Positions 61,348 through 64,000 of a stretch of 64,000 nt of DNA are shown here, piece after piece (position 1 is the first letter of the stretch; each line of letters opens with the position of its first letter). The stretch lies in contig VJWM01000011.1 of the NCBI GenBank assembly GCA_010909165.1, positions 930,001-994,000 of the forward strand. Direction: 5' to 3'. Position numbers and translations under genes: made by a program. The notes beneath the pieces were generated by a model that was not told the origin of the DNA, did not search any database, and saw nothing but the letters and a program-made list of their open reading frames with translations. The DNA comes from Anthoceros angustus (lineage: Eukaryota > Plantae > Anthocerotophyta).

Positions 61348-63670
61348 CACACGATATCATTTGTTTTTAAAGTAAATTAAGAAATAAAAAAAGTGCCTTG
61401 AAATCTGACCTCTACTGTGGAAGGTTTCAATAGATGCTTTTAAACCATGCTAGTTTGTGAGCGGTTACCTGTAACCAAGTGCTCCCCTACCTCACTTCAG
61501 CTCGGCTATCAGGGCACGCAGTTCGCGATTTTGTGTGCATTCACAGGGGTGCATATCTGTGACTGTCTTCATGCACCCAGGGCTGAAGCCGTTTTAAGGT
61601 TTTTGGCCATTGTGAAAATTCTTTGGCAATCAAACGTCATTTGTTGACTCCGTTTTTTTTTGCACATACCTAGAGGACAATGCTGTGTGTCCATGGAAAT
61701 GTTTATTCAAAGAAACGTGGACTATAGCATCCTAGGTGAGAATCCTGAGTGGCATACATCATTTTGAAGGAATGACAGCAAACAATTAACATGCCTCCAA
61801 AAAAACACCATGAATATTTGAGCAGAAAAATCGCAGAAAAGCATCTCCTCCCGCTAAATAGCAAAGCTATCTCCTAAGCTTGTTGTGCTTATAGAAGTAC
61901 ACATGCTCGTGGAGCATGTGAATGTCGACTTGGTGCCTGAACACCGTTTTCAGCGCTATGTGCTGGTTTTCCATGTACCAATAGTCCCCTAGCATGACGG
62001 TTTCCACGTGATTTACCGCATGACGTGGTGCGCGAATACATTCCCGGTTGGTGTGTCCCGTTTGATGACAAATTGAGCAATACACCAACTGTCTCGCCGG
62101 TGAGGGTGACCTCCGTCTTGATTCGACCTTGACCCAATTCGGTCAATCTTTTGTTAAAGCCTCCACCGGCAAAGAATTCCGCCTCCACAAGGGCCTCCTT
62201 TTCTCTATCCGGCGACCTTCCTTCTCCTTTTCTCTCGTATGCTGCCCGTCTCTTCTTGACCTTCTCGTGTCCTTTTCTTCATGAGTTGTAGACATCAAAC
62301 AAGCAAAAGGGTGTATGCATCTTAGTGACGAGCTCCATGTACCATGTGCCGCTTTCCATCCGCTCAAGGCTTGTGGTGTGCCTCTCAACCAACTACGAAC
62401 TTTGGGGTCCATGGTTGGATCCTTACTTTGAACTAAAATGGCCATCCTGCGCTGGAAATCCTGAACGCAGGGGTGGCGGAGAGTGCACGAAGTCCTCGCC
62501 CTCCTCCCCATCACAAGCTCAATCCCGATGGTATCATCCGGTCGGACGTGACACACGATATCATTTGTTTTAAAGTAAATTAAGAAATAAAAAAGTGCCT
62601 TGAAATCTGACCTCTACTGTGGAAGGTTTCAATAGATGCTTTAAACCATGCTAGTTTGTGAGCGGTTACCTGTAACCAAGTGCTCCCCTACCTCACTCAG
62701 CTCGGCTATCAGGGCACGCAGTTCGCGATTTTGTGTGCATTCACAGGGGTGCATATCTGTGACTGTCTTCATGCACCCAGGGCTGAAGCCGTTTTAAGGT
62801 TTTTGGCCATTGTGAAAATTCTTTGGCAATCAAACGTCATTTGTTGACTCCGTTTTTTTTTGCACATACCTAGAGGACAATGCTGTGTGTCCATGGAAAT
62901 GTTTATTCAAAGAAACGTGGACTATAGCATCCTAGGTGAGAATCCCGAGTGGCATACATCATTTTGAAGGGAATGACAGCAAACAATTAACATGCCCTCC
63001 AAAAAAACACCATGAATATTTGAGCAGAAAAATCGCAGAAAAGCATCTCCTCCCGCTAAATAGCAAAGCTATCTCCTAAGCTTGTTGTGCTTATAGAAGT
63101 ACACATGCTCGTGGAGCATGTGAATGTCGACTTGGTGCCTGAACACCGTTTTCAGCGCTATGTGCTGGTTTTCCATGTACCAATAGTCCCCTAGCATGAT
63201 TTCCGTGATTTACCGCATGAGGTGCGCGAATACATTCGGTTGGTGGTGTCCTGCTTGATGACAAATTGAGCAATACACCAACTGCTCGCCGGTGAGGGTG
63301 ACCGTGGGCTTGATTCTTCATGCCTTGACCTCCAATTCGGTCAATCTTTTGTTAAAGCCTCCACTGTCCAAAGAATTCCGCCTCAACAATGCCTCCTTTT
63401 CTCTATCCGACGGACCGTCTTCCCTTTCCTCTCCTTCTTCAGGGCGCGTTCCGCCTCTTCCTGTCTCTTCTTGACCTTCTCCAGGTCCTTTTCTTCATGA
63501 GTTGTAGACATCAAACAAGCAAAAGGGTGTATGCATCTTAGTGACGGAGCTCCGCTTACAGGGCCATGTGCTGTTTTCCATCTGTCTAAGGCTTGTGGTG
63601 TGCCTCTCAACCAACTACAGAACTTTGGGGTCCATGGTTGGATCCTTACTTTGAACTAAAATGGGCCATC
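61229..63670. repeat. ~1.2-kb direct tandem duplication (61229-62434 and 62435-63657) with a 12-bp junction microhomology
   Basis: The GH3-B 3' tail and downstream sequence restart at 62435. AAAATGGCCATC occurs at 61229 and 62435, and as AAAATGGGCCATC at 63658. The copies differ mostly by small indels. Confidence 0.92.
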
Positions 63671-63780
63671 TCCTTTGCCATGGCGTCTAGATTGGGCTCA
63701 AAAGTTGCTCTGGTAGGGGTCTGTGCATCATGGTGTTGTACCCCGAGATATTCCTGGCAGACCTCGGATCTTTTCATTCA
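63069..63780 (-). mobile_element. Frameshifted gag-like ORF with a CCHC zinc knuckle (second partial copy at 61867-62434)
   Basis: A coiled-coil segment (EEKDLEKVKKRQEEAERALKKE) is followed by YCSICHQTGHTNREC (CX2CX4HX4C, intact in the 61867-62088 ORF). Typical of LTR-retrotransposon gag, but a host zinc-knuckle gene is not excluded. Confidence 0.5.
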
Positions 63781-64000
63781 TTTTTTCACAATGAAGGTTG
63801 CATGCCTATGGAGCAAAAATGTCGGTTTTGTCGGTTTTCCTTCAAAGCATGGATTCTACGAAGTCGCGAACGAACTTTCGCGAGAATAACCATTGCGGCC
63901 TGTCTGTTCTAACCCCAGCTATGCCTCTTCCAAGACGTACCGTCGGATCACACCCACTGTTGTCTTTTAATATCCGTCACATATCATAACCCCATGATGG

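Overview
Intron-rich, gene-dense nuclear DNA of a non-seed land plant. The flagellar central-pair gene PF6/SPAG17, short (~80-150 nt) introns and tight gene spacing point to a bryophyte or lycophyte, and a hornwort-like genome is my inference. Supported genes in order: ABC1 atypical kinase (+), rhodanese-domain protein (+), porphobilinogen deaminase HEMC (+), PMI1/PMIR-like NT-C2 protein with a C-terminal LysM domain (-), intronless J-domain protein (+), SPAG17/PF6-like (+), ZRANB3-like SNF2-HNH helicase (+), VMP1/KMS1 (+), an orphan ORF and two tandem GH3 acyl-acid amido synthetases separated by a VMP1 pseudogene fragment. TE debris lies at ~18-22.5 kb and ~46-55 kb (a 5'-truncated CRE-type RLE LINE, a copia RT/RNaseH remnant, minisatellites). 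A 1.2-kb indel-rich tandem duplication at the right end may be an assembly artefact. I found no clearly new biological system. The best leads are the PMIR-LysM fusion, the duplicated and gene-converted VMP1-GH3 cassette, the CRE-clade retroelement and two repeats that duplicate splice sites. All family assignments are from motif recognition by eye; no database searches were run.
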